DNA from: the human T2T-CHM13v2.0 reference genome, Homo sapiens
Direction: 5' to 3' (one strand)
Length of the DNA: 64,000 bases
NCBI RefSeq assembly: GCF_009914755.1
Contig: NC_060925.1
Every line of letters starts with the position of its first letter. Position 1 is the first letter of the stretch. Position numbers and translations under genes: made by a program. The notes under the pieces were generated by a model. It searched no databases. It saw only the letters and a list, made by a program, of their open reading frames with translations, and was not told where the DNA came from. This document shows positions 13,373-27,140 of this stretch, piece after piece.

Positions 13373-14544
13373 GACTATAAACAGTGTATGGAAAGACATT
13401 TGCCATCCATTTTTGTATTCCCCATACCCTGAATAGAGTAGGAGCTTAATAAGTATTTGTTGAATAATGTTGCCAATTTCTTTTGGTATTCACTTTTATT
13501 GAATAACCTCTTTCTCTACCTCAAAGTTATAGGAAAGGAAGGGAAAAGAAGTAGGGAGTGGGTGAAGCATTCTCTGCTTTTGATACTTTTTCTGGTTGAG
13601 TCAGATTCAAGAAAAGAAACAATTTAAGCAGTAAGGGATTCAGTACTGACTCTACCAACATTTATTTTTGCTTATTCAATGCACAAAAAGAATGATGAGA
13701 AATCATTTCTCTCTAGTTTAATGTTATTTCCCATTTTTTATTTCGATATATATTCCAACCTGTTAACTTTATTTCTTCTTTCCTGTGATGATCTCCCCCA
13801 TTCCCTCTTCTGCAGCATTTTCTCTTCTTGTTATTCAATTAACAAGAGACCCTAGGATAACAACCTTTCTTCTTTACAGACTAATTGTTCTTTTTTCTTA
13901 GACATAAAAAACTAGATGGGCATACAAATATACATCAATTGAGTTGTGAAGGTTAAAAACGATTCACTTTTCTTTTCATCTTTTCTTCATTTTCCTCATG
14001 CTTTTTTTCTATTCATGTTTTCAATGCCCATCTTCAATTTTACTTATCTTTCTGTTCTTTAGAGATAATTAGCAGTGTGTCACTTTTTACACTCAATCTC
14101 CAAGGCAGAATCTACTTCATAATTAGTTTGAATAGTTATGCCAACCTGAGCAGTCCTTGGCAGCAGTTTAGTTAGGTACTAGAAGCATATGGTAAGGATT
14201 TTGTTCAGTATATAGCAGAATCAATATGAAGTTGAGTTAAATTTATTTATTGTAACAACACCTGAAAGCAAGCTTTCATTTAAAGCAAGACACACTTGCC
14301 TTAATCAGATGGTCAATAATTGCAACAACTAAGAGAAATTGAATTGCTTTACTCAGAAATTGCATCATTTATTTAAGGAGGGGAGAAAATATTACTGAAA
14401 TTGTCTTCCAACTCTTTCAGAATTGGTTTGCCCTGTATTAGGAACAAGTACAAAAGACTGATAAGAAGAGCCTTTATCATTTCATCTGGAGGATACTTAT
14501 AAGGTCTAACTATCTATCAACAAAAACTCTTGTTCATACATCGA

Positions 14545-14620
14545 TTCATTCATTCATTTACTCACTGAACAAACATTTATTGAGCTACTAGCATGTGTCA
14601 GGGCACTGTGCTAAGAACTA
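14545..14620 (-). mobile_element. L2 3' terminus fragment
   Basis: ttcattcattcatttactcactgaacaaacatttattgagc...ggcactgtgctaag. Confidence 0.6.
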
Positions 14621-15388
14621 AGACAAATTTTTTTTGCTTATCCACAAAAATTTGCTTATTACAAATTTTTATCTTAGTTTGGGCAAAACCACCCAGTGAG
14701 TAAGTAGCAGAGATAAGATGATAAGAATACTGACCTCTTTCTTCTATGAGTCCTAAGTGAAAAGTCTTGCAGTGGAAATTTCCAAACTCATTTACTGAGA
14801 ACGCAGCTGTACAAAATTGGCCAAGCTTAATATAAAATAAAATGGAGAGTTTTTTTTATAGCTAATTTACTGTTTATATAGTTTTTAAATGCACCATGTT
14901 TAGTTTCCATGGAATCTGTGAACTTGTGGGGAATATAGTGTACTTTTCTAAGGTCAGATGCTTAAGTTCTTTCAAACATCTGACATAAGAGTTAAAGTGA
15001 GAGACAGGATGATTACAGAAAGTGGGTGGAACAGGCACCATGGATACTCCATGCTGAAAATGTGTGGCCTTAAAATTTTTGAAGGGTCTTTTGAGTTAGC
15101 TGATGTGATTGCTTCTAAAGCTCTAAACTCACTACAGTAAGTAGAGCTGCTTTTAAATGTGCCCACAGCCCCAGAATTTTCTCTTCACTCCCCTTTACCA
15201 CCTGGTTGTACTGACACACAGTTATACAACTAAACTCAACACAGATAGGAAATAAACTACAAGGTCCCATTTTCTTTCCCTACTCTCTCATCTATAGTAG
15301 TTCTTCTCATTTCCTATTTCTGAAAAATGGGCATCTTCCCATGTACCTCATACTACTATGAAAATAAATTAATAAATGAAAATAAGTC

Positions 15389-15699
15389 GGCTGGGCATGG
15401 GGGCTCATGCTTGTAATCCCAGCACTTTGAGAGGCTGAGGCAGGAGGTTCAGTTGAGGTCAGAGTTTGAGACCAGCCTGGCCAACATGGTGAAACCCCAT
15501 CTCTACTAAAAATGGAAAAATTAACCGGGTGTGGTGGTACATGCCTGTAATCCCAGCTACTCAGGAAGCTGAGGCAGGAGAATTGCTTGAACCCAGGAGC
15601 CAAGAAGCAGAGGTTGAAGTGAGCTGAGATCACACCATTGCATTCTAGCCTGGGCGACAGAATGAGACTCTGTCTCAAAAAAAAAAAAAAAAAAAGAAT
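15389..15699 (+). mobile_element. AluS-type, full length
   Basis: ggctgggcatgg...tgtctc plus poly-A. TSD aaaataagtc (15379-15388 / 15700-15709). Confidence 0.95.
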
Positions 15700-16769
15700 A
15701 AAATAAGTCTATGCAGAGACTTATTTAAATATGATAATGCAATTTAAGTTTCCTAATCGTTCATTCTGAAGGGCAACGTTGGTAAAGGAGAAAGTATTCA
15801 ATGCTTAGCTAACAGTTTTGCAAGAGTTGCCCTTATATAACTCGAAACCAAGTCACTTTTGATATTTTTGGCGTATTTGTACCTTTTTGAAAAAATGTTT
15901 TGAGAAAGCCATAAATGAGAGATTTGTAGATGCAGTTATAATTGTCAATATTCTTAAAGAAAGTAATATAAATTTTGGGGGAAAGACTCCCTCTCACCCA
16001 GTAAGCTTCTAATAGCGAATCTAGCTCAGATGAATAAGAAAATTATTATTGAGCAAACATTTTAGTGATATTATTCCTTTTGCTTCCACCTTTTCTCTGC
16101 AATAAATGTGAAAGCCAGTTACCTGATGATATTATTCTTTATCTGCAGTTTCCAGCTGGCGAAGGAACACCCCAAGGATCCCATGACAATACTTCATATT
16201 TCAAAGCCTATAACTTCAGGATAATAATGTCTTATATTTGTAATATGCTTTCATGTTTCACAATTTACAAAGAATTTTTACATGAATTGCCTTTTTGTTT
16301 CTTAAAAAATCACTTAAGATGGGTAAGGCAAGAATCCTTCCTTTCATTTTATAGATGAGCCATGTGATGTCAGAAGTGTGATGTGCCATGCTCCACTACA
16401 GACAGGAAGTGGAATAGCCAGGAACTTGAATCCAAGCCTTCTTATGCCAAAATTCTCCTTTGATACGTGAAGGCAGCCTCATCACTCCAAAGGTAAATGA
16501 AATCATTAGGTAGCAAATGAAGACCCAAAGAACATTTTTATTGACTCTCTATTGCTGAATATTTGTTTTTTTCCTACAAATCTTTCTCAGATCCATTCTT
16601 TGTTTTACAATGCAAACTCATCCCATGATATATCAAAGAAAAGCAAATAAACTGAATTGTTGATTCTAGAAGAATATATGGAGGGTTTAATTCAGTCAGT
16701 TTAATCTCTTGCAACCAAGAACCCTAATAAACTGTGACAAATACACCATCAGCGAAATTGGCAAGTTGT

Positions 16770-16920
16770 TCAACTTTATTGTCTTCAAGTTTTTTAACTT
16801 TAAAATGGGGATTATAATTATACCTACCTCAGATAATCATATGAGAACTAAATGATTTAATACGTATAATGCTCTTACTAAAGTACCTGGAACACAATAG
16901 GCACTATGATGGTTAGCAAT
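16770..16920 (+). mobile_element. MIR fragment (similar relics near 16.3, 22.8, 24.35, 37.1, 39.7, 42.4, 43.8, 55.9 and 58.1 kb)
   Basis: MIR core-like taaaatggggattataattatacctacctcagataatcatatgagaactaaatga. Confidence 0.6.
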
Positions 16921-17585
16921 GATTAACTATTATTAGTGAATAGGTTATAATGATAACACATTAACTGGTGCTTTAATTATTCCAAGTAGTTTTAAAATCA
17001 CACGAATTTAAATAAACTTTCTCTTTCTTTTTTTAAGATTTTCACATATTATTTCAAAGGCTGAGGTTTTCAAACAGAAAAGATAAGTTTTATTGAGATT
17101 AAGTAACCTCCAGGGTTAGAGTTTAGAAAAGAAGGTCAGTGCTACACATTCTGAATGTGTTTTGGACTTACACATTTTTAGATATTTCGACCTAGGAGCA
17201 TCCTGGCAGTTTCAGACTAAGCATAGAGTGCTCTCTTGCTTCAGTAATTGGCACTTAGAGTAATAATTACATCAATCATGCTGTCCAGAAACATACAGTA
17301 TTTAGACTTAATGGGAAGAAAACAACTTATTAGAAAAATTCTGTTAATAATGTTAATCTTCTGTATTACGCCCCTGTGCATATATCAACAGAAATGAATG
17401 ACCACATTTGAGAGACTAAAAGTTCTCCTCAATTCATGATTCTGTTCACTGCATTCTCTTACCAGTGAGGCCCAGTCTTCAGGGAATTGACAGCTTGTTA
17501 TTAGTTATTCATTTTGAAATAAAACCTCTTTTTTGTAGGATATGGAGTTCAGATAGGAAATAGATGGATTAATGGCTAATTTTAA

Positions 17586-17698
17586 AAGGAAGAAGGGAGG
17601 GAGGGAGGAAGAAGAAAAGAAAGGAGAGAAGAAAGGAAAGGAGAGAAGAGAAGGTGAAAGGGGTGGAGGAAGGGAAGATTGGAGGAAGGTAGGAAGAA
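17586..17698. repeat. GA-rich polypurine low-complexity tract
   Basis: ggaagaagggagggagggaggaagaagaaaagaaaggagag... Confidence 0.9.
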
Positions 17699-17709
17699 TT
17701 TAGAATTCT

Positions 17710-18240
17710 TTTAGTTTCAAATAACAGGTAAAGAAAAACAAACCTCCAGCTAGTTTAAGAAAATTTACTTTGTGAATACTCAAGTGTCTCACACAACTAA
17801 AGACCACAAATGCATCTGAGTGTTGAGGACGATTAGAACTAGAGTGAAGGTACTATCAAGAATTTTTGTCCATATTTTTTTAATGTGGGAAACAAGACTG
17901 TGAACAGTTCCTAAATTTTACATGTAAGAATCAACCATACCATGGAGATTGACTTGATATTTTCTTTGTCCAAGACCTCAATTCCTAGCGAAGGAATTTA
18001 CTGGTCTAGATTTAGTGAAGTTAGAGCCTCAGTCCCACTCGCTGTGACTGGGGTGGGAAGGGAAAGAAGTGGGGCATTGTAATCAGCCCAGTTTGGGTGA
18101 ATTATATACTCTTCAACCAATCACCTATGGTCAGGGGTCAGGGTCATTACTAATTTGCTTGTGCCTGCTCCCACTATGTGAAGGTAAGGGAGAATAGTTG
18201 CTAGAAAAGGGGTATAGACAGGTAGCCCTATTGCATTCCA
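17710..18240 (-). mobile_element. Highly diverged MLT1-type LTR (tentative)
   Basis: tttagtttcaaataacag...; repeated ccaatcac...ggtcagggg-like blocks recall old MLT1 subfamilies. Confidence 0.4.
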
Positions 18241-18886
18241 CTGAAATTCATTTGTTTATAAAACATTCATACAACTAATGTTTAATGAGCAACATCGATG
18301 TTCTAGGTGCTGGGGGTACAGCAATAAACAAAACAAACACACTGAACTTATAGAGAGCTTGCATTGTTTTTATTAGACAATGATTTCAGAACATTATGGT
18401 TACTATTCCCATTATTTTACACCCACCTCCAGAGAACTTAAACTACCCAAAGTTTTTGTTTGTTTGTTTAATTTTTTAAACTTGGAGCTAAAATTAGTTC
18501 TTACACCATTCAATTTGAACACAGTAAAAAGATTTGGGTTTGGATGATACGCTGCTACTCTTGGTTGATCAAAGTCTGAAGTGTCTACCAGGAGGTTGCA
18601 TGTTTCAATGTTAGTGTTTTTTACCCACTTTTTTCTTAGGTTTTCTTTTTTTCTTTTCTTTTCTTTTTAGATCTTTCTACTTGTTCCTCAAAGGAGCAGT
18701 CTATTTTTAATTTAGTAAGTTATAGCCTTGGAACCTAATTTGGTAAGCCTTCTGAGACTTGAAAAACTTGGCCTTTCTTCATGGGAAGTCTCACATGCCA
18801 GGCCTCTGAGAAGTTCATGACCATTTTAGCTAAACTTCCTTTGATAAGTGCAGAGAAGATTAGGGCACATAAAACAGGCTAGTGGA

Positions 18887-19185
18887 GGCTGGCCGCGGTG
18901 GCTCACACCTGTAATCCCAGCACTTTGGGAGGCCGAGGCGAGTGGATCACTTGAGGTCAGGAGTTTGAGACCAGCCTGGCCAACATGGTGAAACCCCATC
19001 TCTACTAAAAATATAAAAATTAGCAAGGGGTGGTGGCATGTGCTTGTAGCCCCAGCTAGTCAGGAGGCTGAAGCAGGAGAATTGCTTGAACCTGGGAGGC
19101 GGAGGTTGCGGTGAGCCGAGATTGTGCCACTGCAGTCCAGCCTGGGCCACAGAGTGAGAATCTGTCTTAAAAAAAAAAAAAAAAA
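18887..19185 (+). mobile_element. AluS-type, full length
   Basis: ggctggccgcggtggctcacacctgtaatcccagcactttgggaggccgagg... plus poly-A. No clean TSD. Confidence 0.95.
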
Positions 19186-19544
19186 GCCAGTTTGGTGGAG
19201 TGGAATGTTCTTCCTGAGGTCTGGTGGAGTGGAATGTTCTTGCTGAGGTCAGATGTCCAATTTTACGTTCTGAGAAGAAAGCTAAAACTACTGGCTTTAG
19301 GATGAAGAGTGGGCAGCCATCCTAATGTGAGAAAATGCCAGGCATTATGCAGTATACGAAGGCATAAAAGGCATTAGTAGCAGAGTGGAAATACTTTGGA
19401 AATAGTACTCAGTCAATAAAAGGAAATGAGATGAAGCCTCATCTCAGTTAGGAAGAACCAGAGAGTGTAATTATCTGTAAAAATATTTTATTCAATTTGT
19501 TTCATAAGACAAAATTGCCATCTATAAAAAAATTAGGTCCTATT

Positions 19545-20389
19545 CATGAATAGACACTTCTCAAAAGATGACATTCATGCGGCCAACAAACATGAAAAAA
19601 GCCTCAACACCATTGATCATTAGAGAAATGCAAATCAAAACCACAATGAGCTACTATCTCATGCCAGTCAGAATGGCAATTATTAAAAAGCCAAGAAACA
19701 ACAGATGCTGGCAAGGCTATGGAGAAATAGGAATGATTTTACACTGTTGGTGGGAATGTAAATTAGTTCAACCATTGTGGAAGACAGTGTGGTGATTCTT
19801 CAAAGACCAAGAACCAGAAATACATTTGACCCAGTAATCCCACTGGGTATATACCCAGTGCTATATACCCAAATGAATATAAATCATTCTATTAAAAAGA
19901 TACATGCATGTGTATATTCATTGCAGCACTATTCACAATAACAAAGACATGGACTCAACCTAAATGGCTATCAGTGATAGACCGGATAAAGAAAATGTAG
20001 TACATAAAACCATGAAATACTATGCAGCCATAAAAAGAACAGGATCATGTCCTTTGCAGGGGCATGGATGTAGCTCAAAGCCATTATCCTCAGCAAACCA
20101 ATGCAAGAAACAGAAAACCAAACACTGCATGTTCTCACTTATAAGTGGGAGCTGAATAATGAGAACACATGGACCCAGGGAGGGGAACAGCGCACACTGG
20201 GGCCTGTCCAGGGGTGGAGCCGGGGGAGGGAGAGTATCAGGTTAAATGGTTAATTCATGTGGGGCTTAATACCTAGGTGATGGGTTGATAGGTGCAGCAA
20301 ACCACCATGGAACACATTTACCATTGTGACAAACCTACACGTCCTGCATATGTATCCTGGAACTTAAAACAAAATTAAATGAAATTTTT
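19545..20389 (+). mobile_element. 5'-truncated older primate L1 (about L1PA11-15)
   Basis: Decayed ORF2 C-terminus ([10 protein letters not shown]...[17 protein letters not shown]) plus 3'UTR. Degenerate TSD aaaaattaggtcctatt (19528-19544) / aaaaatgaggttttatt (20390-20406). Confidence 0.9.
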
Positions 20390-23300
20390 AAAAATGAGGT
20401 TTTATTGAAAGAAAAAATGAAGAATGTTATTTGCTAACTTCCCATTATTAATGATTTATTAGCATTAAAGATATTCACCATTAAAAGCAAATTTTCTTAA
20501 CTGAAATGTTAAAGAATGTATTAAAGAAGGCCCTGCTTCCTGATTTTGCTAAATTAGTGGTTTTCAAAGATGTAAACATGCAAGTAATTTCTAAATAAAA
20601 TACATGACATGGTGAAAATATTTTTTTAATTAAGGAGACATAGAGTGCCATTGACCAGTTTGAAATTGTCTCTAGCTCATAGTAGATGCCAATAAAGTTT
20701 AAGTGGATTGTACCTTATAGTTTGGTAAGTTATTTTACTTCTTTTGTGGTTTAAGATGGAATGTATAATAAATAGGACACTCATCAGCTTTTTTAAAGGA
20801 GGCAATACAAAATACTACACTAGACAAATTACTCTAGATTTGAATGGCAATATTTCCATATGTATGTCCAATGTTCTTCAACACTACATACTATTATGTT
20901 TAATGAGAGAGAAAGAACTTTTAAATTGCACATTATTTTGCATATAGAAGGTATGCAATGCATTTATTTAAATGAATTGTGCTAAATTATACAAGAAGAA
21001 CTTATACACACTGGGTTCCTCTTGACTCAAATATCCCTGAAAGTTGAAGTGTTTTGCATGTTGGTCAGTATTTCTGCATTTGCACGTAGCCAGAAGATTG
21101 ATTGCCACTCAAAATCATCAGCAGCAGACCCATAAAGTATGTGTTCCTCTCTATGGTATTTCTGTGTTTTGCTACAAGCAAAACTCTGTAAAATAAACAC
21201 AACAACTCTCGTTGCATTAGAGATGAAGTTGTCACAATCATTCTAGTTCATATCCAGATGATATTAAAAATAGGGTTTTTCACAAGGTAAGCAACAGGGA
21301 AATTACATTTCCTAGATTCAGGTCCCCTGCACAATTTCCAAGTGGTGTAGCATCAACATCAGGCAAGCCGTTTGATTTTATGACAATGTGTTTACAAATA
21401 TATTAAGGGTGGAATTTTCAGCACCCTGAATGGGATTTGAGATTCAGTTCTTGCTTATCATACCCATGGATGCTTATCTATAGTTGTGTCTCTTGGCAAG
21501 ATGATAAAAATGAGTCCAGTGTTTATTTTTGTTCCTCTTTGGTTTAAACTATCCCCCCACCAAAAAAGCAAACAAACAAACAAACAAAAAAAACCATTTA
21601 GATTATATTTTAAGTGACAAAAGGACACATTAATTAAAGGTTATGGAGTGAATGTTCCAGAAAAGATGTCACTCATACAGAAAGCTTCAGTAAGGAGTCA
21701 TTTTTGAATACTGAGAAGTCCCAAATAAAATACAATGTAAATTGCAGTAGCTTATCAAAACTAACATACATCTCATGAACTATTCAACAGTTCTCCGTTA
21801 CATAGTATGAAATTAAAATTCGTATGTTTTACTCTAAGGTCTAGTCCCCGTTGTCTCATATTTTTGATGGATAAACATTACTGGGATATTACTTTAAGTA
21901 ACTTACTTTTCCTCTGTTCTTTTTTTTAATATACAAGTTTAATTTTAAACTTTTTGCACTTGGCAATGTATAATATATTGGAATTAGTTCAAGGGCTACA
22001 GTTTCCTACAAAGATAAAAGTTAAAGTTAAGTACAGTGTAACCTTTTCCAGAAAAATTTCCTGAATTTTTTTTAGATTCAAAAAACGGAGGCAAGTTTAA
22101 GAACATTTGCCAAAGATTATGGTGATTTTAGAGTCTGTCCATGGCTTTAGTGTAGACCCTTTTTCTGGGCTAATGCAGATTTTAGAGAGAATAACAGCCT
22201 CTTTTTTTTGTTTTGACTTTCTCTGGTACTGTTTGTGCCTTTCTCCTTCACACAGTCCATTTCCTTTATGTTGTGCTGGGTCTACATCAGTAATCAGGAA
22301 AAGAGAATTAAAGTAAAATGTGTTTTTCCACCTAAAAAGTACAAATTGTTTTTTCTTTCACCTCACTTAATTTTGTTAGCCTTGCTGAAATAACTTTGAA
22401 AAACTACCAGGGAAATGTGTCAGCCAAAGGCAAGACCTGTCCAGTTTAAAATTAAAACTTTGACTTGAAGTTCTGGCAGTTTAGTTTTGAAAAATTGTTG
22501 TGTTTGGGGGAGCAATTATAGCGCTGAGTAAGAGAGAGATGAGAGCTGAAGAATTTTGAATGCACAGTAAGATTTTTGAAATGAGTGGAGGTAGGGCATC
22601 AATCCATAAACAGATACAAAAAAAATAGCAAAATAAATTTTAAAAAAAAGAGAAATAGATCTCATGTCTCAAGGAATAGTCCTTTTTGGGGTACCATCTA
22701 TTTTACTTGGTGTTCATAGCTCTGTGTTATGGCTTTTATTTCTCTAAAACAAGGGGCAAAATAATTAGCACTGCTTTTGTTGTTGTTATTTTTTCTCTTG
22801 AACTAGAGTCTTGAGTTTAGATTTTTGTATATTGTACGTTTAACTTTGGGCAAGTGAGCAAATCTCCTTAATGCTCACATTTCTCATGGGTAAATAGAAG
22901 CTAAGAAAGAATACTTACCTTGCAGGTATATTGGAAGGAAGAGAAGTAAAATATATTAAATTCTGGACACTTCTAAAAGTCTAACAAAAAGTAACTGGTG
23001 GAGCTGCTATGGAGGATGGAGACTGGAGGGAGGGCTAAGGCTAGCCAAAGGGTGGAATCTTCACTGTAGGCTCCAACAGTCAGTTAAACCAGAAAGAGTT
23101 GATTGTTGGTGGAAGCCTGCTCTGGGTTGATAGAATAGATGTGCAAAGAGTGCTGACTTGGGGTCAAGGGTTATATCCAATGGTGTCACTAACCTACTCC
23201 TGGAAGCCAATGATGAGAGATCATAGAGCCCTAGGCAATGTGAGTTATAGCCTAGGGCACAGGCAGCCAAGGAAAATGTCCATCCTTTAGAGCAGATTGA

Positions 23301-25404
23301 GTGCATATCAACAGTGAGCTCAAAGGCTAATGGTGTACACAAATTGACTAGGGTCAACAAAGGCAGTGCACTACAGAATTGGCAGTAAACCTTTCCCTAC
23401 TAGGAAAAACAAACTTTTAAAAAGAAATAAAGAATATCCAACATGGCCCAAAAGGACTTCCATCATCTATCTCCAGCCTGCCTTAATGCTCACTGTGAGC
23501 CATTCCCTTTCTCTCTGAGCCCCAATCACACACGATTTCTGTGAGCAACTTTAAGTATTACATGTCTTATATTTAAGGCTCTTTTTTTATGTAGCACTTA
23601 CAAATGCCTACATTTCCTTTGATGTTTATTGAATGACCTTTTTAAAGGCAATCCTTACCTGTTAAATCTCTAATCTCTGCCAATATACTATTTTGTAATC
23701 CTGTAATATTGTGCCATCCTCCTTCTTGTCATTAATAGTAACTTAGTTAAATAAGTGAGGATCTAATTGGTCATTTAAAGTTTCTTAACTTGCTTTTTAT
23801 TTTTTTTTTGAGAACAGGGATTTTGTCTATCTTATTCAGCCAGTCCTAATATGATCAGTGCTTAGCATGGAATCTTACATAACATGGGAAATTAATAAGT
23901 ATTTGCTAAGTGATTGAATAGTAATCAGACAGATAAACTTAAAAGCCTTAAGTCTAAGCCTAAGAACCTTAGAAACAACAATAGGTGAGAATCAGAAAAG
24001 TCTATTACTAGGGATGGGAGAGAAAAGGAAAACAGAGATTAAATGGGGAATAAAATGAAACCAGGCTTCCTAATTTAGGGGTTTATTGATCTATTGATGA
24101 AATACTTTGAAGCTTAAATATTCTGTGCTAAAGTTAGGGCTTTAATGCATGCAATGAAGAAAGTCTGTACATGGTTTCTCCTTACGTTGTCCTGTTTTTT
24201 TTTTTTTTTAACTAATACATTTGGTGATTGCCAAACTGTGATTCAAATAAGCTTTAGTGTTAATAAAAACTGGTACCTAAACTGAGTAAAGCCACCTTGT
24301 TAGTCATATCTTTTAGTAAGAATGATGCTTAATATTGATGTCAGGTATTGAGTAATTTCATATATTTTCTCACTTAATCTTATTAACCCTCTGAGGTAAG
24401 CATTATTTGAATTTTACAGGTGAGGACGTTAAAGTTCAAAGGGGGTAAGTAATTTGTCTGAAGTTATACAGCTGTTATGGGGCAGCGCTGAAATTTGAAC
24501 TCAATCATAAGTTATTGCAAAGCTCATTTTCTTAACTCTTACGCTATACTAGAAATAGTATGACTGGTGCTGGCCTGCTTTTATTGCTTTATCAGTTTAG
24601 ACAAGATTTTATAAAATGGTATCCAAATGTGAATTTTTTCTATGTATCAGAAAGCCTGAGTCTTCTGGCAAGAATCTACTTAACAAGTCAGGATTATTTT
24701 TCTATGCGACTTTCCTTTCCTTTACTTCTATTACTTCTTTTAAGTAAATAAAGTGAAAGAACATATACAAACACTTTGAACTCGCCACTATATCTTGGCA
24801 GGAAATAGACTTCATATCAGTAGATTTGGAACCAAATTGAAGCATTTCCAAAGATGTTAACAGATTGCAATAAAACTTGGTACACTGGTGAGAGTAAATC
24901 TAGAAAAACAACAACAACAAAAAGCAACCCTGAAATTTAAGCAAATAAAAGGCCCGTTATATTTCAATGTAACCTTTTTGTTTGTCTGCTTTCCTGTTCT
25001 CTCTTCTCTCATGTTAATTGTATTTCATTAGCTTCTATTATTTCTCATTAATTTATTTTAAATATTTTTCAGACCAATATCTTCTTGCATCTCTTCCTCG
25101 AATAATGGTTTTCCAAGCTTCCATGTTTATAGACTTGGCCCCTCTCCACGGTCCTGTCTATACATTGCTATGAATTTACATACTCTGCCCCTTCCTGCCA
25201 AAGACTGGATCTAGAGTATGCTAATAATGATTCCTTCATAGAATTACAAGGCTCTCAAGGAGACTGCATTTTGCATTTATTTCCAGCTTATGGCCAATTA
25301 TCAAATAAAGAAAACTTATGTTTTACTCTGCATAAAGAACTGGATGAAAGTGAAATAGTACATTGTTGGGATATTTGACCCTTTTATACTCATCAGTGTT
25401 TAAA

Positions 25405-26478
25405 ATTCCTTTAGTAGAAAAGTTTACATGAAGTAAAATGTGCACATCTGAAGTGAATTTTAAGAGGCCTGACAAATTTATCCACCCGTGTAAGCTACAC
25501 TCCTATTAAGATATAGCTGCCGCACCAAAAAGTTTTTTCCTCCATGATCCTTCTCCATAAATCCTCCTCAATTCACAAAGGCAAATGCTTTACTGATTTT
25601 TTTTTACTATAGTTTGCTTATTGCAGAGGTTAAATAAATGCAATCCCACAGTAAGTATTCTGTAAATGACTTGTTTCATGCAGCATAATGTCTATAAAAT
25701 TAATTCATATTGTTGCTTATGTATAGCAATAGTTCATTAATTTTTATTGCTGAATAGCATTTTATTGTATTTATACTGCAATTGTTTTCCCATTTTCCTG
25801 GTGCTGAGATATGGATTGTTTCCAATTTGGGACTCTTAAGAATAAGGCTGCTAGAAACACTCTTGTACAAGACTTTTAGAGAATGTATGTTTTCATTTCT
25901 CTTGGATAAATACTTAGTCATTGAATTATTGGGCCATAGGATACATGTCTATAGACATTTGTAAGAAAGTACCAAAAACATTTAGATCCCCATCATCACT
26001 GTCTGAGTGTTCTGGTTGTTACACATTGTCAACACTTGGTTTTGTCAGTCTTTAAATTTTAGCCATTCTATTAGGTGTTTGGTAGTACTTCATTGTGACT
26101 TTAATTTGCATTCCCTTGGTGACTAATGATGTTGAAGTCTTTTTGGTTTTATTAACAAGTTGAATATCTTACTTTCAAAGTGTCTAGTTTTTTGTCCTTC
26201 TTTCTCTAATGGAGCTGTCTTTTCATTGTGGAGTTTCAGGAGTTCTTCATATATTCTAGATGCAAGTCCTATTTGGCAAATATTTTTCCTAGCCTGCAGC
26301 TTGCTTATACATTTTCTTAATGCATTTTGATGAGAAGTTTTAAATGTTGATAAAGCATAATTTAATTTTTCCTTATGATTATTGCTTTCTGTGTACTGCT
26401 ACAAAATCTTTGCCTATTTGCAGGTTGCAGTGGAACTCTTCTTATGTTTTCTTCTAAAAGCTTCATAAATTTAGCTTT
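25405..26478 (-). mobile_element. Old L1M fragment (3'UTR and ORF2 end)
   Basis: Antisense L1M motifs such as ttttagccattctattaggtg...tcattgtgactttaatttgcattccc. ORF 25700..25921 resembles a decayed ORF2 C-terminus. Confidence 0.8.
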
Positions 26479-26677
26479 TCCCCAAATTTCTTACCTAATT
26501 GTTTACATTTTTTTACCTAAAATATTACACTTTGCAATGGGCTACATAGATACCCAGTAGATGTTCTTTCTATGTTAGTTATCAATGAACCATACTACTC
26601 CTGACTCTTTTGCAAGTATTTGACTCCATTTTTCCTTCTTCATCCCTCTAGTCTAAAGGAAAGGTTTTATATAAATA

Positions 26678-27140
26678 CTGTGTATAATTTAGGATCTCGT
26701 CAGAAAGGAAAAACTACCCTTAGTATTTCAGACAAAGAGAATTTAATTCAGAGTTGGTTACAGGAATGTTGGGGAGAGGAGTTAGAGAAACAAGAGGGGA
26801 AAGTAGTTTTACCAGATGCTTAGTAACTGTGGACTCCAGAGTTGAAGGAGCAAAAGAGAAGCAGATCTTTCCCAGCTCTTGAGGTCACTGCTGTTACAAG
26901 TTCCTGCTGTTAGCACTAGGACCTGCCCTCCCAGGCCTCTGGCATTGTGTCTCCTGTCATTAATGCTAATCCTGCTCCCCTGCTGCTGAAGATGACACTG
27001 GAAACTGGGAAGATGAAGAAAGTCACTCTTCTGTCTCTCTTTTCTTCAATCTCCCAACAGTGCCTTTCATTGGCAGAACTGAAACAGAAACTAATTTTTA
27101 AGGGAGTCTGGGAAATAGAATCTGTAGATTTCTAGCCACT
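26678..27140 (-). mobile_element. Ancient LTR relic, family uncertain
   Basis: tgtgtataatttaggatctc start and cattggcagaactgaaacagaa...aagggagtctgggaaat end resemble old mammalian LTRs. Confidence 0.35.
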
